A DNA stretch of 64,000 nt from Macrostomum lignano (Eukaryota). The notes under the pieces are model-generated. The model had not been told where the DNA came from. It worked only from the letters and a program-made list of their open reading frames with translations, and did not search any database. Both the position numbers and the translations under genes were made by a program. Below, one piece after another: positions 1-11,600 of this stretch. The stretch covers positions 51,327 through 115,326 of the forward strand of contig NIVC01000812.1 of assembly GCA_002269645.1 (NCBI GenBank). Reading direction: 5' to 3'. Every line of letters starts with the position of its first letter. Positions within the stretch are counted from its first letter, which is position 1.

Positions 1-524
1 TCCAGCCTGCCCTTGTCTTTGTCCAGCCTGCCCTTGTCTTTGTCCAAACTGCCCTTGTCTTTATTCTGCCTGCCGGCCTCTCCGCTTGGTTTTGGGTCCG
101 CAGTGAGCCGGCGGTCTTTGTTCTGCTGTCGGCGGCCCTCTCGCCCAACACCCAAGCGGCCAGCGCGCAACCGGCCATCCGAGCACTCCAGGAACTCCTT
201 AGACAGCCGGTTCAACAGCCGGAAACTAGCCGTCGGCCGCGCGTCCTCGACTGTCCGGCGCCTCCGCCGAGTCCGGGCAGCCGCCGAGTTTGCGCCGCTG
301 GTGAGGAGCGGCGCCGGCGGCTGGTCCCGGAAGCTGATCACCTCGTAGCCGCCGATGGAGCGGATCGTCACGTCGCAAATCGAATGCGGCTGGCGACGCC
401 GCCGGCCTGAAGGACTGCGGCGGCTGCCACCACTGCTGCCGCCGAACCACATGCTCATGCAGTACCAATAGAAGTTCCTCATCATGCCAGCCAGCCTCCA
501 CGAGAGAGTGCCTGGACCGGCCAT
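1..524 (-). CDS. 5' part of an uncharacterised protein gene running off the left window edge
   Basis: ATG at 524 opens an uninterrupted GC-rich frame (MAGPGTLSWRLAGMMRNFYWYCMSMWFGG...VEDARPTASFRLLNRLSKEFLECSDGR...QNKDKGSLDKDKGRLDKDKGRL) to position 1. It is absent from the ORF track because it has no stop in the window. No family recognised. Confidence 0.5.
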   Translation of the reverse strand, partial: MAGPGTLSWRLAGMMRNFYWYCMSMWFGGSSGGSRRSPSGRRRRQPHSICDVTIRSIGGYEVISFRDQPPAPLLTSGANSAAARTRRRRRTVEDARPTASFRLLNRLSKEFLECSDGRLRAGRLGVGREGRRQQNKDRRLTADPKPSGEAGRQNKDKGSLDKDKGRLDKDKGRL

Positions 525-716
525 GCCTCCTCCGCGTCAATTGATAATTTATTGTAAATAAAAGTTCATGAAGACTTCGCTTCGATCTCAGCATGCTGTT
601 TGCATCCCGGTTTGGTGTTGCCGAGAATAGACTGCTCTATGGAAAAAGCTCTCATTAGTAGTATATACGCAAGTAGTGTAAGAGAAGCCTACCTTGTCTA
701 TCTTAGTGTCTTTCTT

Positions 717-1092
<376 letters not shown>

Positions 1093-1454
1093 TTCTCACT
1101 TTCAATTGCTTCGGATTTAAATATTTTTCACCATACTACTTTCAGTAGTACGGTAAGCAAAGAAAACTTATTAAAATAACATCTGTCGGCATTATGATTT
1201 TTGAGCCAGCTAATTATGGTATAAAAACTCAGAGGAAAATACGGTCGTAGAATCGACAGAATTTTTCGTATTCGACTGTTTCACTTATTTTACACATTTA
1301 AACCTCTTTTTCGACTATAATTAAATTGATGCATAAAGTCCTGACATTCATTGGATTCAAGATGTGCAATTTCGCCAAGAATTTGGGTTGATACTATTGA
1401 GCCAAATATTTTTATTGCTGCCATATTTGTGCGTCTGACCGAAACTAGAGAGGG

Positions 1455-1660
1455 CTAGAAAACCAGGGAGCCAATCAGAGGCTAGCCAGGGGTAGAAAAA
1501 CTTGGGAGCCAATCAGAGTCTAGCCAGGGGTAGAAAAACTTGGGAGCCAATCAGAGTCTAGCCAGGGGTAGAAAAACTTGGGAGCCAATCAGAGGCTAGC
1601 CAGGGGTAGAAAAACTTGGAAGCCAATCAGAGGCTATCATGGGATAGAAAAACCGGGGGA
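1455..1660. repeat. 38-bp tandem repeat, about 5 copies, each with a CCAAT motif
   Basis: Unit GAGCCAATCAGAGGCTAGCCAGGGGTAGAAAAACTTGG. Confidence 0.9.
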
Positions 1661-1751
1661 ACCCAGTCAAGGGTAAAGAAATAGGGTTGGCGGACCTTTA
1701 TTAAGTCAAGCTCTACATCCAGGGAATGTCTTCAATGAAAACAGACTGCGC

Positions 1752-4700
1752 TCAAAAGTCCGTGGTTCGATCGCTGCCGCTGCTGGTCGCATCGTCCGAA
1801 GTCAGACCGAAGCTGCTGCCGCCGCTGTCAAGAAGGTCTAGTCTTCGCCGGGACGAACCGGACGAGGCCGACGAAGCTGAGGAAGAAAATCCCGATTGCG
1901 AAGTCACGGACGCCTGCGCCAGTCGCTGCTGCAGCTGGCGAATCTCCTCGCCGAGGCGGCTTGTTAGGAGCTGCCGAGTCGATGACGATGCAGTCCCGGG
2001 CCCGCTGTCGGCGTCTGTTGCGTCGCTGCTGCGCTGCTCGTCTCCTGACTCTTCCCAGACAGTCGCCGCCTCCGCAGCCTCCTCTTCATTTGGCAGCTCC
2101 GGTATGCTTTCCAGCGATGGCCGAAGGTCGACCAGCTGTCGCAGGCTCTGGTGATAGGCCTGAATGCCTCGCCGCCTGTCCTCAGTGTGGCGGTACAGCT
2201 CCATCATCTGGCGCAGGTGCCACGGGCAGCAGGGCTCGTCGGACAGTTCGCCGGCGCTCCACGCGTCCTCCAGCTGCTTGCTGTCGGAGTCGCCTCTGTC
2301 GCTGCTCAGCGTTGAAGCATCGTCAGGCGTTGATGATCTCGACGGCGACAAGCGGCAGCCGACGCAGCGAGCCAGTGCGTCCAGCTCGGCCCTCAGCATC
2401 GCCTCCATGCCGGCCGGCGCCTTCAGGCTGCGCAGCCGGGCCAGGAGCTCCGCTGCAGCTGCGGCCGCGGGTTCGCGTGGCAGCTGCTGGACTTCTGGCA
2501 CAGGAGCTTCTGGCGCCGCTGCCGGCGCTGTGGACGGCGGAGCTGGCGGCTGAGGCTGGGCTTCTGAGAGCTCCTCTGCATTTGCGCCGGTGGTGCCTGA
2601 CTCATCATCAGATGAAGACATCTCGACTGCCATGCTCCACGAGACGGTCAAGCGGATGGCTTCGGGTCGCTCGGTTGGAGTGCTGGGCGCTTCGTCTTCT
2701 CTGTGACTTGCGCAGCTGGTTTTGTCGCTGCTGCTGCTGCTTCTATTGGTTCTGTTGCTTCTGCTACTTTTGCTGCTTTTGCAGCTTCTGCTGCTTTCAG
2801 TGTCGCAGGATGAGTCGCTGCTGAAGCTGTTTGAGTCGCTGCCCGCTACTGCTACGGAAAGTGACGTCATGCCTGGGGAATTCTGGAGAGGCTGATGCGT
2901 AGGCGGAGGCAGAGGAGGGGGCGGAGGAGGAGGCGGAGGCGGGGGCGAAGATAGGGGCGGAGGCGGGGGCGGAGATGGGGGCGGAGGCGGGGGAAGATAC
3001 GGAAGCGGGGGTGGAGGAGGGGGCGGAGGCGGAGGCGGAGGTGGAGCTGCTATTTGGGGCAGCCGCGCTGCCAGCGGTGAGACCGCAGCTGCGACAGTCT
3101 TCAGCGGCGGAGGTGGCCGCACAGGCAGCTCAGTGAAAGCCGGAAACGACACAATGGAGCCGTCGTCATCTCCCTCGTCTGATTGCAGGTCTTTGCAGTC
3201 TGGCCGCAGGTTGTCATCAAGCGTCGTCAGGGAATCACTGTCGTCATCGAACAGTAGCTGAGACTCGGACGCCAGCTGATCGTCCGGGCCATCAACGATC
3301 ATGTTCCTGACCGCCTCCTCGAGCTGCAGCAGCTCGGCCAGCTGCTTTCGGCGCCTCGCCTCCGCTCTGGAGACCGGCTTCTGCTGCGGGCCGCGGGCCG
3401 GCTTGGGGGCCGCAGGTTCCGGCGGCAGAACCCACCGACGCTGCGGAGCGGCCGCCCCCACCGCCAGCGTCTGCGGCCTTCGCTCGGTTGCGAGGCGCGT
3501 TGCTCGGCTGGGCGGTGGCTGCGTCCTGGGAGCGACTGGTTGCCGCTGCGAGCGCTTCTGCCGCTGCTGCTGTGGCTGCTGCTTCGGCGGGCAGCGCTTT
3601 GGCTTTGAACCCGCAGGCCGAGGAGGCGGCGGCTGCGGCGCCGGCATCGGCGGGGCAGCAGGGAGTCTTTTTTGGTTCGGCTGCTCAGCTGCGGTCCGCC
3701 TTGGATTGGCCGAGATGGGTGGGGTTTGGCGCGGGTGCTGCGGCGGCGGAGATGGCAGCTGGGGTGGCGCGGCGGCGGAGACTGACGAGGTCGCCGAAGA
3801 GGCGTCCTGAGAGTCAAGCAGGCTGGCCAAGAACGCCAGCCGGTTCGGCTCCGATGGCGTGGCCTGCCTGAACCAGCCGCTGAAAGTCGCCACCACGACC
3901 TCCGACTGCCTCTGCTGACCTGGCCGGGGTTGCCGCTGCTCCGCCGCCTCCTCCTCCTCGGCTTCACCGGCGGAGGACTCAGCAGACGGGGAGTCTCCAT
4001 CCATCGACATTGCAGAGGTCGCCGGCGTCGGCATCGGCGGTGTCGGCGGCGGTGTCGGAGTTTGCGACCGCAGCATCGGCCTCGACGACGCCGGGGTTGG
4101 CGGCAGGCTGCGGCTGCGGCCTCGCTTGCTGTCGCCGGCGCAGCGGCCCCGAGACCGGGAGCGGCGGCCGACCCGCTTGAGGAAGCTGCGGAAGAAGCGG
4201 AACGGTCGGCTGCCAGCGCTCTCTCGGCTGCCCAGGGTGGCGCCGGTGGCACCGTCGGCAGCGTCTCCGCCCGGGCAGCAGCGAATCTCCGGCGGGGCGG
4301 CTGCCCTGCAAACGGGAAGGCGCGGCCAGCGGCGCAGATGCGCGTGGCTGCGGGGCGGGCGCCGCTTCTGCGCCGAACTGGGCGGGCTGACGGAAGTCAG
4401 CGGCGTCTCCAGCTGCACAACGCAGGCAGTCGCTGGCGGGCCCTGCGGCCGAGGCGGCGGTGGGGCTGAAGAAGGTTGCGGCGTTTCAGGCATCGGAGTC
4501 GGTCGGCTGTGGGTCGCTGCCGCCCGCTCTTTGAATGGGCAGCCGCCGCTGATGTCGCCGCTCGGTGCAGCGCTCGGCCGTCGACCTGCAACTGTCCCCG
4601 ACACTGTCCCCGGCCGCTGCTGCAGCTGGGCCGCCTGCGGCCGGAAAGCCTTGGCCAGGTTCAGCCGGCCGAAGATGATGCCAGGGACGGCGGCGGGCGC

Positions 4701-4904
4701 GGGGCTGTCGGCCCGCCGACTGGCAGCGGTGACCCGGACTCGCTGGCGGCCGCCCGTCGCCGAAGAAGCCGAGTCATCCGCTGCTGCCCAGCCTCGGCTG
4801 CTGCCGTATGCAGGACGCATGGCTGATGCTTTGACGAGACTTCCGCGTGTTTTTGCTGAACAAAATGCACTTGCGAAGTGCACAATCTCTGTGTCAGCAG
4901 CCAC
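1752..4904 (-). CDS. Pro/Ser/Ala-rich, largely disordered uncharacterised protein (single long ORF; first ATG at 4820)
   Basis: 1050-codon open frame in GC-rich sequence flanked by AT-rich DNA; poly-Pro tract near 2900-3050; short helical segments near the C-terminus. No recognisable domain. Confidence 0.65.
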   Translation of the reverse strand: MAADTEIVHFASAFCSAKTRGSLVKASAMRPAYGSSRGWAAADDSASSATGGRQRVRVTAASRRADSPAPAAVPGIIFGRLNLAKAFRPQAAQLQQRPGTVSGTVAGRRPSAAPSGDISGGCPFKERAAATHSRPTPMPETPQPSSAPPPPRPQGPPATACVVQLETPLTSVSPPSSAQKRRPPRSHAHLRRWPRLPVCRAAAPPEIRCCPGGDAADGATGATLGSRESAGSRPFRFFRSFLKRVGRRSRSRGRCAGDSKRGRSRSLPPTPASSRPMLRSQTPTPPPTPPMPTPATSAMSMDGDSPSAESSAGEAEEEEAAEQRQPRPGQQRQSEVVVATFSGWFRQATPSEPNRLAFLASLLDSQDASSATSSVSAAAPPQLPSPPPQHPRQTPPISANPRRTAAEQPNQKRLPAAPPMPAPQPPPPRPAGSKPKRCPPKQQPQQQRQKRSQRQPVAPRTQPPPSRATRLATERRPQTLAVGAAAPQRRWVLPPEPAAPKPARGPQQKPVSRAEARRRKQLAELLQLEEAVRNMIVDGPDDQLASESQLLFDDDSDSLTTLDDNLRPDCKDLQSDEGDDDGSIVSFPAFTELPVRPPPPLKTVAAAVSPLAARLPQIAAPPPPPPPPPPPPPLPYLPPPPPPSPPPPPPLSSPPPPPPPPPPPLPPPTHQPLQNSPGMTSLSVAVAGSDSNSFSSDSSCDTESSRSCKSSKSSRSNRTNRSSSSSDKTSCASHREDEAPSTPTERPEAIRLTVSWSMAVEMSSSDDESGTTGANAEELSEAQPQPPAPPSTAPAAAPEAPVPEVQQLPREPAAAAAAELLARLRSLKAPAGMEAMLRAELDALARCVGCRLSPSRSSTPDDASTLSSDRGDSDSKQLEDAWSAGELSDEPCCPWHLRQMMELYRHTEDRRRGIQAYHQSLRQLVDLRPSLESIPELPNEEEAAEAATVWEESGDEQRSSDATDADSGPGTASSSTRQLLTSRLGEEIRQLQQRLAQASVTSQSGFSSSASSASSGSSRRRLDLLDSGGSSFGLTSDDATSSGSDRTTDF

Positions 4905-5479
4905 CTTGCACGTGTCAGGCTAATTTAATGCACGCGATTCGTACCATAGACTTAAGCTGTTTGGCACTTTGCAACTGAACTGTGGCCGCTGAGTTCAGTA
5001 GTTTGAACGCGTATTATTGGATATTTTAGCCCTCAAGAATTTTGCGTCTTTGCCTACATGCAACTTTCACAGTCAGTGAGAGTATGCGAGAGCCTTAGAG
5101 AACCCTACGAGGTCATGTGCCCGCAAAATGCAACTATCTATTCGTGAGTGCATTAACCATTCCAATGGTTTTCTGTTACTAGGCTATAGTATCAAAGTGA
5201 CCAGCGCTACTACTGCATTCTATTGCCATGCAGCTGAAAGGCTGGAATTCTTCAGCAAAATGCAGCAGTTCGGCTTCACCTCGATACTCTCTGGTATTCA
5301 CACGTGATTAAACTAAAATAGCTTGTATTACTGGGCTCTCGCCGTGCCTGCAACTCCGCTGCAGCTGCGATGCTTGCTAAACAAATCTTTTAAAACTTCA
5401 CTTTTTTAAGACAGCTGCTTACTTGAAACTGACAGAAGTGACAGAGGATTGCAATAATGGAAGAGTTGTGAGCATGTCT

Positions 5480-5985
5480 AAAATTGAAATGTGTGACAGA
5501 AACGCAGGCGAGAGTGTGACAGAAATGCTGACGACAGTGTGACAGAAATAAAGGCGAGAGTGTGACAGAAATAAAGGCGAGAGTGTGACAGAGATGCAGG
5601 CGAGAGTGTGACAGAAATGCAGGCGAGAGTGTGACAGAAATGCAGGCGAGAGTGTGACAGAAATGCAGGCGATAGTGTGACAGAGATGAAGACGACAGTG
5701 TGACAGAAATGCAGGCGAGAGTGTGACAGAGATGAAGACAAGAGTGTGACAGAAATGCAGGCGAGAGTGTGATAGAAATGCAGGCGATAGTGTGACAGAG
5801 ATGAAGACGACAGTGTGACAGAAATGCAGGCGAGAGTGTGACAGAAATGCAGGCGAGAGTGTGATAGAAATGCAGGCGAGAGTGTGACAGAAATGCAGGC
5901 GAGAGTGTGATAGAAATGCAGGCGAGAGTGTGACAGAAATGCAGGCGAGAGTGTGATAGAAATGCAGGCTAGAATGACAGAAATT
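5480..5985. repeat. 23-bp minisatellite
   Basis: Unit GAGAGTGTGACAGAAATGCAGGC, about 21 copies with variants. Confidence 0.95.
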
Positions 5986-8601
5986 TAAATACCAAAACCA
6001 GCAAAAGATCCGAATGCGTGGGAGCAGTAAAAATTTGCTTTCTTGCTTCATTGAAAATACGAGTTGAGTCTGCAACTCAAATTGAGTGTAACTCGCTGGG
6101 CTCACGCAGCTCGAAGACCGGCAAAAGCCGGCAGAAATTCTTTAGGCATTACTCGCAGCTTTTGTGAGTGAAAAAGCCAGCCAGTCTCTCGCCAAATTTA
6201 TACCCCCCCTCCGCTTTCTTTTGCGTCTTTCCACATTTTTGCGTCTAAATACAGCTTGTGGCCCCATTTTGGCCCCGAGACAGCACATTTTGACCTGAGC
6301 TGCCCTCTCCATGCGTTGTCTATTCATTGCTTTTTCTTCTCGTTTTTTACGCTAGAGTGAGCGAAGAAGAGGGGAGCAGTTTGCGGGTGAAGTGGAAGTC
6401 TGTTTACAACTCGGAGTAGCACAGCTGACTACAATTGGCTTCGTAAACAGTCTGGAATCTCTGTCTAAGATCTTCGCATTTGCAACAGGTTTTTATTAGC
6501 TCTGCCTAGGAAAATATTTTCGACCTCAGAACTCCTAAAAATAGGTAGCTCAGACACGATTGAAGGAAGTTTGGCCAAGTTGCGTTTTGGGGTAATAAGC
6601 TAAGCTAAATACAGCTATTATCCGCGACGGGGAGAGGAAATCACGTGATCTGGGGTGCGCGAGCTTGGCCCGTCACGTGACCAGCTATAAAATTAGATGC
6701 AGAGTAATATTCGAGCAACTTCTAATATTAGAACAGGCACGTCCTTGAGGCTAGAGATAACAAGAACCGGCCTCAATCTTTAACCATTACGAATTTACTG
6801 TAAAGAAAGCAGGTGGCTCTCTGACTGGTCCCTCAAAGTCTAGTATTTTCCTCCGCCAAAGCAATAAAACGGGATGTCAAGCTATAAGTCTGGGAAAGAA
6901 ATACGGGGTTTGCCACGCAATTTTGTTATGTTCAGCTGTTTCCAAGTATTTTTAATGTCCTTCCGTATCTCGCTAACCCGTTGAAATTTCCTGTAGGTTC
7001 AAATCGTTGAAATTTTTGCACACAGTTTAAAGTTTATCTGGTTTATCTCAACTTACCGATGTTCTTCAAATTGTACCAGTCCCTGAACGGCTCTTTCTAT
7101 AGAAGGAAGGTTATGATAAGCGCAATTTTTTTAGAAAGAAACCGTTTGAAGAACGGAAGTGAATTCTGCATGTTTCCGGACCTGGATCCAGACATTGGCC
7201 CGTATGAATAAAAAGAGTAATTGCTCGGGAGAAATTTCTTTTTGTAGAGAAGCATGTGAAGAAACTCAGGAGAAGACACTCTTAACTTGCTCTATTTGTT
7301 GTTTTCAAGTCTCAACAAAGACGGATTAACAATCGGCAGGCAGCAAAGTACAAAAATGTTGAGTAAGCCACCGAGGCGGTGAGAAAAACTAGGCAAGCCC
7401 AGCAAACATGGCCCAAACTGCCTCATGGGTATCTCAGGCGTGGAACCCGAAACCAGATCTGGCAGGTTGTCGGTGTTCCCTATCTCCCCTGCTCCCGCTA
7501 AAAGAGTTTCTGCCTTCCCAGCTGAGGCTGAGGGAGGCTGCCGGCTGCATAGATGAGGATGGTGAGGAGCTCATTAGGAAGCCAAGTGAAGGGATTAATC
7601 AGTGGACTCCACGTCATAACTTTCGCTTTCTCAAGGGCCCGCTAATCATCGGATGCAATCCGTCTAATGACCTGTTTGAGCAGTTGTGCTCAATATTTGC
7701 CAGTCAAGTAATCTCTCATACTTTGTTCTAAGGACAGTTAAAATGAAATAACAACTCAGATTAGTACTGTGCTGTGTAGGTGTAGCTCAGTACGAGCTAT
7801 ATTTCAGTTGCTGAGCGAAATCCATCATAGTGCGCAGTGCAGTGGCAATGTGTTCTCGAATCGTTCTGTGGTAAAACCGGGGACAGCAAGGAGATCGCTC
7901 TGCAGCGTGCTTGGACCTAAATAGTTTCAGTTACTAATCTAAGACAATCCTGAAACCCATAAAATTGAGTTGCTGACCGAATACACCGCTCGAGTCGATG
8001 CATTAATTACAGGTGCGTGTGGATTTGTTAGAATAAAAATAGTAGCTTAGGCGCCCTTCACAGATTCCAAACAGATGCGCATTATGTACATGAGCAAATC
8101 GGCGAGCAGCTGTGAAACCAAAATCAACTAAAAAGAGGTAAATGTTAGGCATATGTATATAGTTATCTGTTACCGCGCTTGCATTGAGTCGCATTGAGAT
8201 TGAGACTGTTCTGTAGTCAACAGAGGCATACGAGCTACAAGAAGTATGAAGCGGACGAACGAGCTTACAGAGCACTAAAGTAAGTACAAGACGAGGCGCG
8301 GCAGTGTGACCTAAAACTAAAATAAACAGCCTTACCCAAAAATTCTGTGATTGCTATGATGCTACAGAGGCACAGGCATCCGCTATTCAGTAAGCTATAT
8401 GTATTGTTTAGCGAAATGTGTCTTATAGCCAGTCATGCCAGTAAAATTTCTGTGGTATTTCGCCGACCAGTCTTCCGAATTCATCTCTCCGGAGACAGCC
8501 GGCGCGGTCGAGATGTAACAGAAGGAGGCAAGACTGTGGATAAAAACAGCGGCGGTAGACAGTTCGCTTTCTCTACTTAAAAATTCTCGGCCAGAGACTG
8601 C

Positions 8602-11600
8602 TCAGGCCACCGTGTCCTGCTGCTTCTTCTCGATGCGGTCAGCCTTCAGCAGCGACATGTTTGACGACATCGGCTTGGCGTCCGGCCCGCCGTCCTCGAT
8701 CACCTGGGCGTCGTTGGCGCCGCGGCACAGCCGGGTAAAGGCCAGGTCGTTGGCGATGTCATCAAAGCTGCGGTTCTTCGTCTCCGGCATGCAGACGAAG
8801 AAGAAGATCCAGAAGGGCACGACCACGCTCAGGTAGATGAGGAACACGTAGCCCTGGATGGCCAAGTTCAGGTTGACGAAAGTGGTGGACACGATCAGGT
8901 TGGAGATCCACTGGACGCCCTGGCTAAGCGAGTAGGCGGCGCTCCGCGGCTCCTGACGGAAGACCTCGGCAACGATGAAGCCGGGATGGTGCCCAGGCCG
9001 AAGGCGAAGCCAGCGATGTACACGAAGATGAAAAACATGAAGACGATGGAGAAGTTGCGCTTGACGTCGGGTGATTGAGTCTCCGAGACCACCACGGCGC
9101 TGGCGCAGAGGACCACCAGGCTGACTGCCAGGAAAACGGACGGCACCAGCAGGAGGGTCCTGCGGCCGAATTTCTCCAGCAGAGGCAGCGAGGCCACGGT
9201 GCACACAACGTTGAAGAAGCTGAAGCCGAGGTTCACGTAGGGCACGTAGTCGCTATGGATGCCGGAGGTCTCCATCATGGTTGAGGAGTAGCTCATTACC
9301 TGCGAGCCGAAGCGGGAGGTGCGACAGGTGCAAGTCTTGACCCTGTTTAGATCCGGGTTCCATATCCGATTCGGGCCCCAGTAAACAGGGAATTAGCATT
9401 TGATTAATTATGCATTTATGGTTGCATTGAGCGCGGGAGTTTTCCAGAACGCTCCGGATCGAGAGAAATTGGAGAGAATAATAGTTCACCCTCGGTTCCC
9501 AAGGGGGCGGGGGGAATAGACTCCTTGTCTGCAGTCGGGCAATAGGGAGGCCAGAACACAGACCCGCTGCCTTGACTACAACAAGACTAAAGCGTCTAAA
9601 CTGCGCTGACAATGCACTGCGGAGTGGGGCAGTTTACTGGAGGTAGTAAAAAACTTGAGAGAGAAGCGGCAGTTGCCATGCAGTGCTCTAGGGTTTAGTC
9701 AATGCGAGATACAGCTCAGGGCCGCAGCTGCTAGGGGACTGGGGGAGGGGGGCTCAAATTCAGCAGGGGATTTCAATAGACTCAGGGCATGCCGGGGTGC
9801 GGAATGAGTGCGAGAGTGTTAGTGACTGGGAGGGCAAGGCAGCGCCTTCCTTCCCTGCTCTCCCTTGCAGCTTGTTCCCCAACCTCTGTGTTGCCGTTGT
9901 CATGGAAACCATCCACTCTAGCCTCAATCCCCCAGGCTAAGAAATCCTCAAAGCTCCACCCACGTAGCCCCCGCCCCCCGCCTCTGCCCCGCTCCCCAAA
10001 CAGACGGCAACAACACGGCCTCGGTGAGGACGAGGTTCCCTCTCAGTGGGGCGCAGCTTTGCAATAGAAAAGTGCACGCAACAGAAGGAGGCTGAGAGCC
10101 ACGCCCCCATCAATCGATGGCTAAGGGTGAGCAGGTGACAGAGCCTGCTCAAGCTGTCCATCTGCTTCAGCTGCCAGCGGGGAGTCTAGCGGCAGCCTGG
10201 TCACCTGACAGCCATTTAATTATCTGTGCGCACATCGTCGGTGCTCATTAGGCAGGCAGTTTACTGCTCATTATTGTCTTGAGCTAGCGGGCCTGAGAAC
10301 TTGTCACGCTCTTAGACACCCCCGCTGGGAGCAGTTCAAACTGGTCAGACGCCTAATTGACGTCAGCCAGCCAGGTGCTTCATCGTGTCTTAATTGATTA
10401 CGAAAAAGTCCGTTTCTACCTATCTGTCTGCCATTTAGTCCGGAGCCAACCGAGAGAGACCAACAGTTTTGCTCGGGGCGACAGCTGCTGAGACAGCTGC
10501 TGGCGGCCGGATCTGCTTCGGCCAGGGGGGGGGGTGATTTTTTCTACCTCGCAAAAATCTCTACGATTGTGTGCACAGATTTCGTCAGCATGCATGCAGT
10601 AAAAGTGCCAGCTCCAGAAATAGCAGCGGAAACTATTCACCAATTCCCCAAAGCTGCTAGCAGCCGGGGGGGGGGAAGTCAGTCAAAGCATTCAGCTGAC
10701 GGTCAGTTCGCGGGGCGCCAAAACTGAAGATTGCATTGGGAAAGCATTGCGGTGCTGGGCTGGTCTTCTATTTGAAGACTAGCAGCTGGTCCAGCCAACC
10801 AGACCCCGCTAATGAGGGCCGACCGTATGACGTCAGCAGCTTTCGGGTTCGGGGGGGGGTTGCCTTGGCAACTCTAATGGACAAATAATTGAGCGCAGGT
10901 AAAAAAGGATTTGATTGGCACAGCTGGCCAAACGACTGTCCAAACCCTGGAGCGGAAAACTGCAGTTCTGACGGGCTCCGGGTGAGTCTCGAATCCCTTT
11001 GATGGAGGAATTCTTCACGGATGGCGCGTGCTGGCTCTCTGCTAAGCCCAATAAATAAATTGACTCTCGGGTCGGTCCGATTGCTTTAATTGACCTATTT
11101 ACGACGACAATTTCGTCCTTCAACCGACCCTCAAGTCAGGGTTCTCTGGGAAATAGCATGTTCCAGAGAATTCGCATCGTGTCTCATTTAGTCGACATTT
11201 TCCCTGACGGGTCCTCAGGGGTCCTTGGTTCGAACTCCTCGGTACAAGAGTTTCCCATTGGCATTAATAAATCATCTCATGATTGGCTGCTCACAGCATT
11301 GATGCCGCTCAGCTGCTGCATGATCTGGATTCCCACGGCGATGGCGACTGGCATGCGCAGGTCAGCCTGGGTGAACAGCTGGACAAAGTGGAACTTCTTG
11401 GCCGGAGCCGCCGCAGCCATGGGGACGTCGTCAGCGTCGTCCTTGACAGCGCACTCGCCAGCGGAGCAGGTGCCCTGCATCTCCTGGCGCATTTCCTCGA
11501 TGTAATCCTCGGGATTATCGCCCGGGTATAGCCGCTCCAAGGCCTTCTTGGCGTCCTCAATGCGGCCCTTGTTCATGAAGAGAAACCTGGGCGACTCCGG

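Noticed and set aside
6900-7730. Possible transposase fragments
   Set aside because: Short ORFs without any motif I can identify.
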